Source of the DNA: Gemmatimonadota bacterium | Lineage (GTDB): Bacteria; Latescibacterota; UBA2968; UBA8231 | Direction of reading: 5' to 3' | Assembly: GCA_038128265.1 (NCBI GenBank) | Contig: JAYPJE010000007.1 | Span: forward strand, 73,121 to 112,407 | DNA: 39,287 bases | Shown here: positions 8,815 through 17,433 of the stretch, piece by piece | How the letters are laid out: each line of letters starts with the position of its first letter | How positions within the stretch are numbered: position 1 is the stretch's first letter | Program-made: the position numbers and the translations under genes | The notes under the pieces: model-generated | What the model was told of the DNA's origin: nothing | Seen by the model: the letters and a program-made list of their open reading frames with translations, nothing else | Database searches by the model: none

Positions 8815-11800
8815 ATGAATAAACTGCTCAGTGGAGCCGCCTTGGTCTTTGCGCTGGGAATGGTGCTGGCGTTGGCCTCCGGCGATCCGCAGCGAATCAA
8901 CGCACGGGTGAATGCCTTTTTCGGCTGGCAGCCAACCGCTCCGCAGGCCGAGCGGCTGGTAGACGAAGAAGAGGCTGGAGCCCTGAGAGCGCTGGTTGCG
9001 GAGATTCGCCGCCAGGACGTGGCGGCCGAAATCGAGCGCTTTGCTTCTATGGGGTCGCGCGTTACAGGATATCCAGGAGAACGTCGCGCCTACGAGTATA
9101 TCAGTGATCGCTTCGCCCAACTGGGATTAGAAGATGTGCGCAGCGAGGCGTTTGAGGTCGCCGTGCCAATGGACAAGGGGGGGAGGCTATACCTCCCGGG
9201 CGGAATAGTAAAAGACCTCCACAGCTTGTGGCCCAATGGGGTGCGCACGCCTTCGCTTCCCGCAGGGGGAGTGGAAGGGCCGCTCGTCTACGGCGGCAAG
9301 GGCACGCTGGAAGAGGTCGATGGCAAGGTCTTGGATGGGGCGATTGTCCTGCTGGATTTCGACGGAGGACAAAACTATTTAAACCTGGCTACGCTGGGGG
9401 CGCGAGCGGTCGTCTTTTTCGACAACGGGGGGGTTAACCGCGAGCAGGCCGCCGACAAATTTCTCAAGGTATCGGTTGATGTGCCGCGGTTCTGGATCGA
9501 ACGCCAGGATGCACTGGAACTGGTAGAGAAGCTGCGGGAGGCCCCCGTTCCGGTGCGCGTTGAAGCGACGATGGATTGGGAAGCGGTGGAGGCGCGCAAT
9601 ATCTACGGCTGGCTCCCCGGCTCAGAGGCGATGATGCCACCCAAAAGCCGCGAGGGCGATCAGGCGTGGAAGGAGCAGGTCATCGTCGTGCAGGCCTATT
9701 ACGACGCGATGTCGGTCGTGCCTGCTCGCGCGCCGGGCGCGGAAAATGCAGCCGGTATAGTCGCCCTGCTCAAGCTGGTCGAAGCACTCAGGGAACAGCG
9801 ACCGCACTACTCGGTGCTCTTCCTGGCTACCTCGGGGCACTTTCAGGGGCTGGAGGGCATCAACGACTTTCTCTATCGGCACAGCCGCGGCAGCGAATAC
9901 TTTCGCGAGCGCATGGCCGATGCCGAGCGCATTGATTTTGACCTCATGCTCTCCCTCGATCTTTCGAGCCACGGGCAGCGCAGCGCTTCCTTTGGCATGG
10001 GAACCTTCTACAACCCCGAGTGGCAAACCGACAACTATGTCAAATACATGCTCACGCCCTATTCAAAGCGCCTGAGCCAGGCTGTCGAAGAGATTTTCGT
10101 TGACTCTACGCGCCACTATGAAGGAATTGCCCCCCCCAAGCGCACCTGGAAAAACTACATGCCGATCCCGCTGGCCTTTGCCAGCGAAGCGGCGGCCTTT
10201 GTCGGACAAAAAGCCCTAGCGCTGGCCACAGCGAACGATGCGCGCCGATCCATCGACACACCCCTAGACGTGCCCGAAGCAATGAATATGGGCAACCTCA
10301 CTCGGCAAATCCGCACGCTGGCCGCGATGCTGGCCTGGGCCGGGCGCGATGCCGAGTTGCTCAAGCCGGGCAAATTGGAGCTCGAAGACTACGGGCACAG
10401 TCTTGCCGGTTCGATTTACTGGTTTGATCGCGACGTAAACTTTGCCGTGCCCAAATCGCCCGTGGCCGGTGCGCTGGTAACCTACCAGCAGCAGGGGCCC
10501 AATTCCGTGGCTGGCGTGCGCACGCTGATGGTGCGCAAGGCCGACGACGAAGGGCGCTTCCGCTTTGACATCATGCGCAACCGCTATGAAAACACCATCA
10601 AAGCCTATGAGATTGACGCGCGCGGTCAGATTGTTTCGGCGCCCGATATGGGACAGGAGGGGGACGAGACCTATCCAATGGCCCATCCGTGGGGGTGGTG
10701 GGAAAACGAAATGCTGCAGGTCTTATTCAAATGCCGGGCCCTGAGCCTGTTTGAAACGGTGGACTCCCGTTACCTCTCGGTGCTCGATCACGTAACGGTG
10801 CTCGACGAGCGCGATGGCGTTCCGCAGTCGTGGGGGGCGGACTACGTCGAGCGCCAGAGCAACGAAGAAGGCAAAGTGACGCTGGCTTCCGTCGTCTATG
10901 CCCAGCCCGGCACGCGGGTAAAAGTGCTGATGAGCACCAGTCTGTTTGGCGTGCGCTATCTGCTGAGCGGGGCCCCGGATGCGCTTTTGGAACACCCGGT
11001 GCAGCCGGAAGAAGTCGATGAGGGCGTGATGAAGCGCGCGCTGGGCACGGGTTATCCGATCGATGCGGGTACTGTGCTGCGCCCGAGCTATGCGGCGGCG
11101 CGCGATATGTGGACGCTCGACGATGCGCGCATTAAGCAGCTGGCTCGCTACGGCGTGCGCAACGATAAGTTTATGCGCCTGCACGACGAGGCGCGCTCGG
11201 CGCTGGTGCGGGCGCGCGAACACCTCGAAGCGCTTCGCTATAGCCAGTTTAAAGCGAGCACGCGGGAGGCATGGGGTCTGGAAGGTCGCGGGTATCCAGA
11301 TATCAAAGCAACGGCCGATGACACCGTATACGGCGTGATTTTCTACTTTGCCCTGCTGCTGCCGTTCTCCTTCTGCTGCGAACGCCTCTTTTTTGGCTTT
11401 GCCGATGTGCGCAGACAGATGCTGGGAGCGGCGCTCTTCTTTCTCGGCATCTTTCTCATCATGCGCTTTATTCACCCGGCGTTTAAGCTGTCTTCCTCAC
11501 CGTATATCATTTTTCTCGCCTTTGTAATTTTTGCTATTGGTGGCACGGCGCTCATGATGATACTGGGCCGCTTTACGCGCGAGGTGAGCCAGCGCAAGCG
11601 GGCTTCGGCCGGCGTGCACGAAGCCGATATCGGACGCATAAGCGCGACGGCTGCGGCGGTCGCCTTAGGTATTTCGAACCTGCGCAAGCGCAAGGTGCGC
11701 ACCCTACTTACAGTTGTCACATTGACACTGTTAACATTTACGGCACAGGCATTTACATCTGTGCAAAGTTATTTGAAGTACTACCAAATTCCGCGACCCA

Positions 11801-13431
11801 ACGCCCCCAGTTACGAGGGGGCTCTGCTGCGCGATCGCGGCTGGAAGGGCATGCAGCTTTCGGTTCTCGACTACGCGCAGAGTGCCTTTGGCGAGCAGGG
11901 CCAGGTGCTGCCGCGTTCCTGGTTGTCGACCCACCTGATTGGTGAGCGTGCCTACATTGACGTGCAGCGCAGGGAGACGGGGGCCGAGAGCTTTGCCTTT
12001 GCCCTTATGGGGGTGGTGCCCGAAGAGCGCGATCTGATGGGCTTTGGCCAAATGCTGGTCGGTGCAGAAAGCCGCTTCTTTGCCGAAGGGGAGCGCGATG
12101 TATGTATTTTGCCCAAGGCGCTGGCCGATATACTCGGTATCGGGGCCCAGGACGTTGGCCGCGTCGAGGTGTGGATTATGGGGCAGGCCTACCGCGTCAT
12201 TGGGTTAATCGACGGCGAGCGGGTCGATGCCTTGCGCGATCTGGACAACGAGAGCCCCATGCCGGTCGATACGGTAGCCGAGGCGCAAAAGATGCAAGAA
12301 ATGGCCAATCTCGATCCGCGTCTGATGGACACGGCGGCCATCGAGACCTTTACGCACCTGCTGGCCAACAACGTCGTGCTGCTGCCCTATCAGAAAGTCG
12401 TCGATCTGGGGGGGACGCTGCGCTCAATCGCCCTTGCCGGCTTTTCCGATCGCCAGGTTTTGCTGGACGAGGTCGAGGATTTTGTTTCGCGAGTCGCCGT
12501 GCCGCTCTTTGTCGGCGCGGATGAGCAGGTGCGCGTCTATACGTCTATGGGCTCGGCTTCCCTGTCGGGGATGGGCAATCTATTCGTGCCGATGCTCATC
12601 GCCGCGCTCATCGTGCTCAATACGATGTTAGGCTCGGTCTACGAGCGCTCGGCTGAAATCGGCGTTTACAGCTCGGTGGGGCTGGCTCCAGGCCACATTT
12701 CATCGCTCTTTATCGCCGAGAGCCTAGTCTTTGCGATCGTCGGGGCGGTGCTGGGTTATCTGGTGGGCCAGTCTACTACGCTGCTGCTGACGCGCTACGA
12801 TCTGCTGGGGGGGATGTTTCTCAACTATTCCTCGCTGTCGGCCATCACATCGACGCTCATTGTCATGGCTACTGTAGTCCTTTCCACGCTCTATCCGGCG
12901 CGCAAAGCCGCGTCGATGTCCGTGCCCGATGTGACGCGGCGCTGGACGTTTCCCGAACCCGATGGGGATCGCTGGCAGTTTGATTTTCCCTTTACGCTGG
13001 CGCGCAACGATGCGCTGGGCAGCGGGGCTTATCTGCACCGGGTATTTTCCTCCTACGGCGAGGGTTCGGTGGGGGATTTCATGACCGAGGGGGTCTATTT
13101 TCGTCGGGAGCGCAGCGGCACCGATCCGGTCTACGCGCTCGAACTGATGGTCTGGCTCGCTCCGTACGATCTGGGGGTAAGCCAGCGCGTCGTGCTGCGC
13201 ATGCTGCCGACAGAGGATATTGCCGGCATCTACCGCATTGAAATGGAGCTCGAGCGGGTCAGCGGCGACGTGGCCTCATGGAAGCGCCTCAACACGGGTT
13301 TTCTCAACGTGCTGCGCAAGCGCTTTCTGGTGTGGCGCACGATTCCGCAGGAAATGCGCGAAGAATACCGCCTGCAGGGAGATGCACTGGCCGGAGCGGG
13401 CTCTCCTCAGGAGGCACCTGTCGGCAGTTAG
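8815..13431 (+). CDS. Large fusion protein: signal peptide, PA domain, degenerate M28 peptidase-like domain and MacB/FtsX-type ABC permease
   Basis: ATG 8815 with AAGGGAG RBS. SRVTGYPG, VEGPLVYGG (PA), AYYDAM..APGAENAAG (M28-like), NLRKRKVRTLLT, LNTMLGSVYERSAEIG and LYPARKAA (FtsX/MacB). Confidence 0.85.
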   Translation: MNKLLSGAALVFALGMVLALASGDPQRINARVNAFFGWQPTAPQAERLVDEEEAGALRALVAEIRRQDVAAEIERFASMGSRVTGYPGERRAYEYISDRFAQLGLEDVRSEAFEVAVPMDKGGRLYLPGGIVKDLHSLWPNGVRTPSLPAGGVEGPLVYGGKGTLEEVDGKVLDGAIVLLDFDGGQNYLNLATLGARAVVFFDNGGVNREQAADKFLKVSVDVPRFWIERQDALELVEKLREAPVPVRVEATMDWEAVEARNIYGWLPGSEAMMPPKSREGDQAWKEQVIVVQAYYDAMSVVPARAPGAENAAGIVALLKLVEALREQRPHYSVLFLATSGHFQGLEGINDFLYRHSRGSEYFRERMADAERIDFDLMLSLDLSSHGQRSASFGMGTFYNPEWQTDNYVKYMLTPYSKRLSQAVEEIFVDSTRHYEGIAPPKRTWKNYMPIPLAFASEAAAFVGQKALALATANDARRSIDTPLDVPEAMNMGNLTRQIRTLAAMLAWAGRDAELLKPGKLELEDYGHSLAGSIYWFDRDVNFAVPKSPVAGALVTYQQQGPNSVAGVRTLMVRKADDEGRFRFDIMRNRYENTIKAYEIDARGQIVSAPDMGQEGDETYPMAHPWGWWENEMLQVLFKCRALSLFETVDSRYLSVLDHVTVLDERDGVPQSWGADYVERQSNEEGKVTLASVVYAQPGTRVKVLMSTSLFGVRYLLSGAPDALLEHPVQPEEVDEGVMKRALGTGYPIDAGTVLRPSYAAARDMWTLDDARIKQLARYGVRNDKFMRLHDEARSALVRAREHLEALRYSQFKASTREAWGLEGRGYPDIKATADDTVYGVIFYFALLLPFSFCCERLFFGFADVRRQMLGAALFFLGIFLIMRFIHPAFKLSSSPYIIFLAFVIFAIGGTALMMILGRFTREVSQRKRASAGVHEADIGRISATAAAVALGISNLRKRKVRTLLTVVTLTLLTFTAQAFTSVQSYLKYYQIPRPNAPSYEGALLRDRGWKGMQLSVLDYAQSAFGEQGQVLPRSWLSTHLIGERAYIDVQRRETGAESFAFALMGVVPEERDLMGFGQMLVGAESRFFAEGERDVCILPKALADILGIGAQDVGRVEVWIMGQAYRVIGLIDGERVDALRDLDNESPMPVDTVAEAQKMQEMANLDPRLMDTAAIETFTHLLANNVVLLPYQKVVDLGGTLRSIALAGFSDRQVLLDEVEDFVSRVAVPLFVGADEQVRVYTSMGSASLSGMGNLFVPMLIAALIVLNTMLGSVYERSAEIGVYSSVGLAPGHISSLFIAESLVFAIVGAVLGYLVGQSTTLLLTRYDLLGGMFLNYSSLSAITSTLIVMATVVLSTLYPARKAASMSVPDVTRRWTFPEPDGDRWQFDFPFTLARNDALGSGAYLHRVFSSYGEGSVGDFMTEGVYFRRERSGTDPVYALELMVWLAPYDLGVSQRVVLRMLPTEDIAGIYRIEMELERVSGDVASWKRLNTGFLNVLRKRFLVWRTIPQEMREEYRLQGDALAGAGSPQEAPVGS

Positions 13432-14471
13432 AGGTGCACTTCGCGTCCGCTGCGGGCCGATTCGTAGCAGGCATCGATAACTTTTTGCAGGTTGAGCAGC
13501 TGGCGGGTGTCCTGCAGATCCCACCGTTCGCCGCGCAGCAGCTTGTCGACAAGTTCGGCATCCTGTGCGTGCACGCTTTTGGACCAGTTGTCGCCCGGCA
13601 GCTCGGGGGTGCGGTCGACGACTTCGCCCCCTTCGTCGACGAGCACTGAGAAGGGCGCCCCGGTGATCGTGCCCCTTTCGGCCGTGACCTGAAAGCTGTG
13701 AAAATCTGTCACTTCGCTGCACCAGTTTCCCTCGAGGGCCAAATAGCTGCCGTTATCAAAGCGCACAAAGGCCCCTAGGAGGTCTTCTGCATCGTAACGG
13801 GCGTGCACGTGCTCGCCGAGTTTGGGGCCGCGCTTGGTGGGAAAGAGGCGCGAGGTAGAGGCGCTAACGGATACGGGATTGGGCGAAAGGCTGACCCACA
13901 TAACCAGATCCAGCGTGTGCACTAGGGTCGAAGCCAACACGCCGCCGCCCGATGTGGCCAGGTGATAGTGCGGGGCCCAGGCCGGTGGGACGGTATGGCA
14001 GCCCCAGGCCTTCAAATACACGGGATCGCCCAGGGCGCCTTCGGCCATGAGCTTGCGCGCATGCTGGGAGGAGGGTAGGTGCCGCATATTGGTGCCTAGT
14101 TGGACCTGGCGACCCGCCTGCTCGGCCTTCTCAAGAACCTCTGTAGCTTCTTCAAGGTTCATCATGAATGGCTTCTCGCACAACACATTAGCGCCTGATT
14201 CAATGCTGGCAGTGGCCATGAGGCAGTGCGTGTTGGGCATGGTGGCAATAATGACCAGATCGAGCGGGTCGCCTTCGAGCATGGCTCGGTAATCGCTGGC
14301 TTTGCGCGCCTCGGGCCACTGTTGGCCGGCTGCTTCGAGCCGTTCGGTGTCGAGGTCGCATAGGGCGGTCACGGTGGCGCGATCTTCTCCGAGCGCTTTG
14401 AGGCCGCCGAAGTGGACGTTGGCCTGCGTGCCGCAGCCTATAACGCCGATGCGTATGGGGTGGTTTGCCAT
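13428..14471 (-). CDS. Gfo/Idh/MocA family oxidoreductase
   Basis: True start MANHPIRIGVIGCG at 14471; CEKPF and GGGVLAS..HTLD motifs. The upstream extension in the ORF track is a shadow of the rraA-like gene. Confidence 0.9.
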   Translation of the reverse strand: MANHPIRIGVIGCGTQANVHFGGLKALGEDRATVTALCDLDTERLEAAGQQWPEARKASDYRAMLEGDPLDLVIIATMPNTHCLMATASIESGANVLCEKPFMMNLEEATEVLEKAEQAGRQVQLGTNMRHLPSSQHARKLMAEGALGDPVYLKAWGCHTVPPAWAPHYHLATSGGGVLASTLVHTLDLVMWVSLSPNPVSVSASTSRLFPTKRGPKLGEHVHARYDAEDLLGAFVRFDNGSYLALEGNWCSEVTDFHSFQVTAERGTITGAPFSVLVDEGGEVVDRTPELPGDNWSKSVHAQDAELVDKLLRGERWDLQDTRQLLNLQKVIDACYESARSGREVHL

Positions 14472-14523
14472 GGTGCTATGCCTTCTTGGCGAGAGGGTGT
14501 TGGGATACGACGTAGGCCGTGCA

Positions 14524-14553
14524 ATTTTATGCAAGCAAATGGCACCTGCGCAA
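14524..14553 (-). promoter_or_regulatory. Putative sigma70 promoter for the Gfo/Idh/MocA gene
   Basis: Minus strand TTGCGC-18 nt-TAAAAT in the intergenic gap. Confidence 0.4.
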
Positions 14554-14566
14554 GGGGGTCCGCGAT

Positions 14567-15256
14567 CTAATCGACGTACTCCGTGCGATCGGAGTTGAGC
14601 AAGTCGCGCACTGCATCGATGTTGTCCTGGCCCAGGCGGACGCTGCGGGTCAGGTCCTCTTCGGCCTGGCGCACTGCGGGCAGTTTTTGGCAGACGGTCT
14701 CGATCTGATCGCGCGGGATAACGACGACGCCGTCGCGGTCGGCCACGGCGATCTCGCCCGAATCGACGCAGGTGCCTCCCATAACCACGGGTAACCCCGC
14801 GGTGCCGGGCCCGTTGCGGGTGCAGGAATTGGGGGTGATGCCCATGCAAAAGGTGGGGATGCCCACGGGGATGATTCCGTCTATATCGCGCATGAGTCCG
14901 TCGGTAACAAAGCCGACAATCCCCTTGTTGCGGGCCATGGAGAGCATGATGTCGCCAGCCACGCAAGTTTTGGTGAAGGTGTCGGTCGCGACGAAAATGG
15001 CGTCGCCTGGTTGGGCCAGTTCAAGTGCGGCAAAAACGGCCAGATTATCGCCCGGTCCCGGGTGGCAGGTAACGATGGGGGCGGTGAATTTGCAGTTGCC
15101 CGGATCGAGGGCCTTGATGCGGAAGTCGAGTGCGCCGCGGCCGTTCATACAGTCGACGATAAAACCAGTGGGTGTGTTGCGCAGTGAGCGCAGAATGTGG
15201 CCGTCGGGCCGCGGGATATGGCGGCGCACCGTCAGCAGGGGGGGATCTTTGATCAT
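14567..15256 (-). CDS. RraA family protein / 4-hydroxy-4-methyl-2-oxoglutarate aldolase-like
   Basis: PGDNLA, AGDIM, DGLMRD and ADRDGVVVIP motifs; GGAGA RBS. Confidence 0.88.
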   Translation of the reverse strand: MIKDPPLLTVRRHIPRPDGHILRSLRNTPTGFIVDCMNGRGALDFRIKALDPGNCKFTAPIVTCHPGPGDNLAVFAALELAQPGDAIFVATDTFTKTCVAGDIMLSMARNKGIVGFVTDGLMRDIDGIIPVGIPTFCMGITPNSCTRNGPGTAGLPVVMGGTCVDSGEIAVADRDGVVVIPRDQIETVCQKLPAVRQAEEDLTRSVRLGQDNIDAVRDLLNSDRTEYVD

Positions 15257-15400
15257 GGACTTTTCTCCGTGTGGACGATGCGGTTCAATGTAGAATCCGC
15301 AATAAAATAACGCTAGGTTGTAAGGGACGAAGGGCGATGGAGTAGCCTCAAAAAATAGGCCGATACATATTCAGTTCGGCCGTAGGACAGACCGGCCATA

Positions 15401-16492
15401 CTAGCGGGAAATCACCACCTGAGCCGGATTGATAGCTCCGAACTTACCCTTATTTGCAGTGATCTCAAAGGCCTCCGGGACCTTGTCGAGGCCCTCCAAT
15501 ACGTGGCGAATCGTTGGCTTCATAGAAATGCGGCCAGTAGCCACTAGCCGCACGGTGTATTCGAGGTGGGCCTGCGAACTAATATCGGGAAAGAGATAGC
15601 GCAGGCTGCGCTCGCGAAAGAGGTCAATATCCAATTCGAGCGGCGTGCCAAACCACGAAACGCCTACGAGTTTACCGCCCGACCGGACCGAGTACATGGC
15701 CTGTTTTAAGGCGCGATCGCCGGCTAGCCCCTGCTTGGGGCTGCCGCCGGCACACTCAAACACCACGTCGGCACCCTCGCCTCCCGTCAGATCGAGAATG
15801 GCCTCGACCGGATCGCAGCTGCTGGCGTCGATGGCGTGGTCTGCGCCCAATTCGCGCGAAAGCTGACAGGCCTCGGGTCGCACGTCGACGGTGATAATCT
15901 GACCTGCGCCGCAGGCTCTTGCCGCCTGCATGCTCTCTATGCCCATGCTGCCCTGGCCGAATACGGCGACGCTGTCACCGGGTCGTATTTGCGCGGTCTC
16001 GACCCCGGCGATGCTGTCGCTAAGTGACTGCAGCGTAGCCGCTTCACTGTCCGAGATGCGCTCGTCGACCTTTACTAGCGACAGGGCCGGTAGCAGGGCG
16101 CGCTCGGCAAAGCAGCCGGGGAGTTGAAAGCCGATGATAGGGCCTTTACGGCAGTCGTTGCCGCGCTCGGAGCGGCACATGGGACACTGTCCGCAGGGCA
16201 GTTTGGCGCGGGAAGCCACGCGGTCGCCGACGGCATAGCCCTCTACGCGTGCGCCGACCTCGAGGATGCGGGCGCAGAACTCGTGCCCGAATAGCTGGAG
16301 CGGCGCATCGCGTTCCAAGCGCCGTTTGGTCTGTTCGTAGGCCAGGGTCGGTATGCCGAAGGCCAGCTGAGCCTCAGTTACGCTCGGTTGCACTACGAGT
16401 GGTTCAACTAATACGTGATCTGCAGGACAGGCGGGCATGTCGATATCATCCAACCGCATATCGCTAAATGCGTAAAATCGCCATGCTTTCAT
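15401..16492 (-). CDS. Zinc-containing MDR alcohol dehydrogenase (sorbitol/threonine dehydrogenase-like)
   Basis: Start MKAWRFY with GGAG RBS; GHEF, CGQCPMC..C structural Zn site, GQGSMG, ADVVFECAG. Confidence 0.88.
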   Translation of the reverse strand: MKAWRFYAFSDMRLDDIDMPACPADHVLVEPLVVQPSVTEAQLAFGIPTLAYEQTKRRLERDAPLQLFGHEFCARILEVGARVEGYAVGDRVASRAKLPCGQCPMCRSERGNDCRKGPIIGFQLPGCFAERALLPALSLVKVDERISDSEAATLQSLSDSIAGVETAQIRPGDSVAVFGQGSMGIESMQAARACGAGQIITVDVRPEACQLSRELGADHAIDASSCDPVEAILDLTGGEGADVVFECAGGSPKQGLAGDRALKQAMYSVRSGGKLVGVSWFGTPLELDIDLFRERSLRYLFPDISSQAHLEYTVRLVATGRISMKPTIRHVLEGLDKVPEAFEITANKGKFGAINPAQVVISR

Positions 16493-16610
16493 TGCGCTTC
16501 TCCGGTGGAAGGGGTTGCAGCAAAGTATAGTGTATCCCAGCTGGCAACAAGGGGCTTGCTGCGCTTTCTGCAATGGAGGAAATTACAGCAAAATTCAAAG
16601 GAGGCGCGTC

Positions 16611-17426
16611 GTGCGAGTGCACCCAACCTTTAGTTCCGATCAGCGCGGAGAAATCATCGATTTTTTTCGGGGACAGCAATACGCCGTAGTCGGTGACGCT
16701 CTTTCTACAGCAGAAGTGGCTGCACTCAACCAATTTGTCGATCGCTCGAAGGGGCAATGCCCAGCGCTGTGGGGAGTAGGCAGCGCGGATATCCACACGC
16801 ACGGCCAGATTCTCGTCGATCATCCGGAAATGGATTCTTTTGCTCGTCATCCTCTGACATTGGGTTTAGTGGCAGAGATTTTGGGGCCACAGCCGCGCTT
16901 TGCACAAATTGATTTTCGCGACGTGCCGGCCGGCGTGGGCGATAGGGCGGCGCTGCCCTTCCACCGCGACCGCGGCTTTGTGCCTGCTGCGTATTGGGAA
17001 GAAAAGCAGGAGGAATGCGTTTACGTGTGCGCTATCTATTATTTGAGCGATGTGGGAGAGGGAGACACGTGTTTTTGCGTGGTGCCAAACAGCCACCCCT
17101 ACGCAACGCGAGAAGAAGCAGAGCAGCAAATGGGGCCTGCCTATGCGGAGATCCCCATTCGCGGTCCAGCGGGTACGATGGTGCTCTATAACATAGCCAT
17201 ATACCATACGCGGGTGCTTGGCCGGAGCGATGCCGGCCGCCGCACGATGCACCATTATTTTAGTCGCGAGGGCAATCCACCTCTGACCAATTGGGCGCTG
17301 GTGCCGCGGCGGTTAGCTGAGCACGAAGACCCTGAAACGCAGGCCTACTACAGCCAGTGGACGGAGGCGATGCGAGCCTATGCGGACGCGGGGTTTACGC
17401 GCGCAGATTCGGGGAAAAACACATAG
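16611..17426 (+). CDS. Phytanoyl-CoA dioxygenase (PhyH) family Fe(II)/2OG dioxygenase
   Basis: FHRD (HxD), YYLSDV, VVPNSH, GPAGTMVLY..IYH motifs; GTG start at 16611 after AGGAGG. Confidence 0.85.
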   Translation: MRVHPTFSSDQRGEIIDFFRGQQYAVVGDALSTAEVAALNQFVDRSKGQCPALWGVGSADIHTHGQILVDHPEMDSFARHPLTLGLVAEILGPQPRFAQIDFRDVPAGVGDRAALPFHRDRGFVPAAYWEEKQEECVYVCAIYYLSDVGEGDTCFCVVPNSHPYATREEAEQQMGPAYAEIPIRGPAGTMVLYNIAIYHTRVLGRSDAGRRTMHHYFSREGNPPLTNWALVPRRLAEHEDPETQAYYSQWTEAMRAYADAGFTRADSGKNT

Positions 17427-17433
17427 AGCGTCG

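Noticed and set aside
10723..11475. 250-aa antisense ORF (also 25908-26642, 6042-6590, 28009-28566)
   Set aside because: Antisense shadows typical of GC-rich coding DNA, with no motifs or RBS.
14472..14966. Arg/His-rich 165-aa N-terminal extension of the 512-aa ORF
   Set aside because: It is an alternative-frame shadow of the rraA-like gene; the Gfo/Idh/MocA domain starts at 14471 with its own RBS and promoter.
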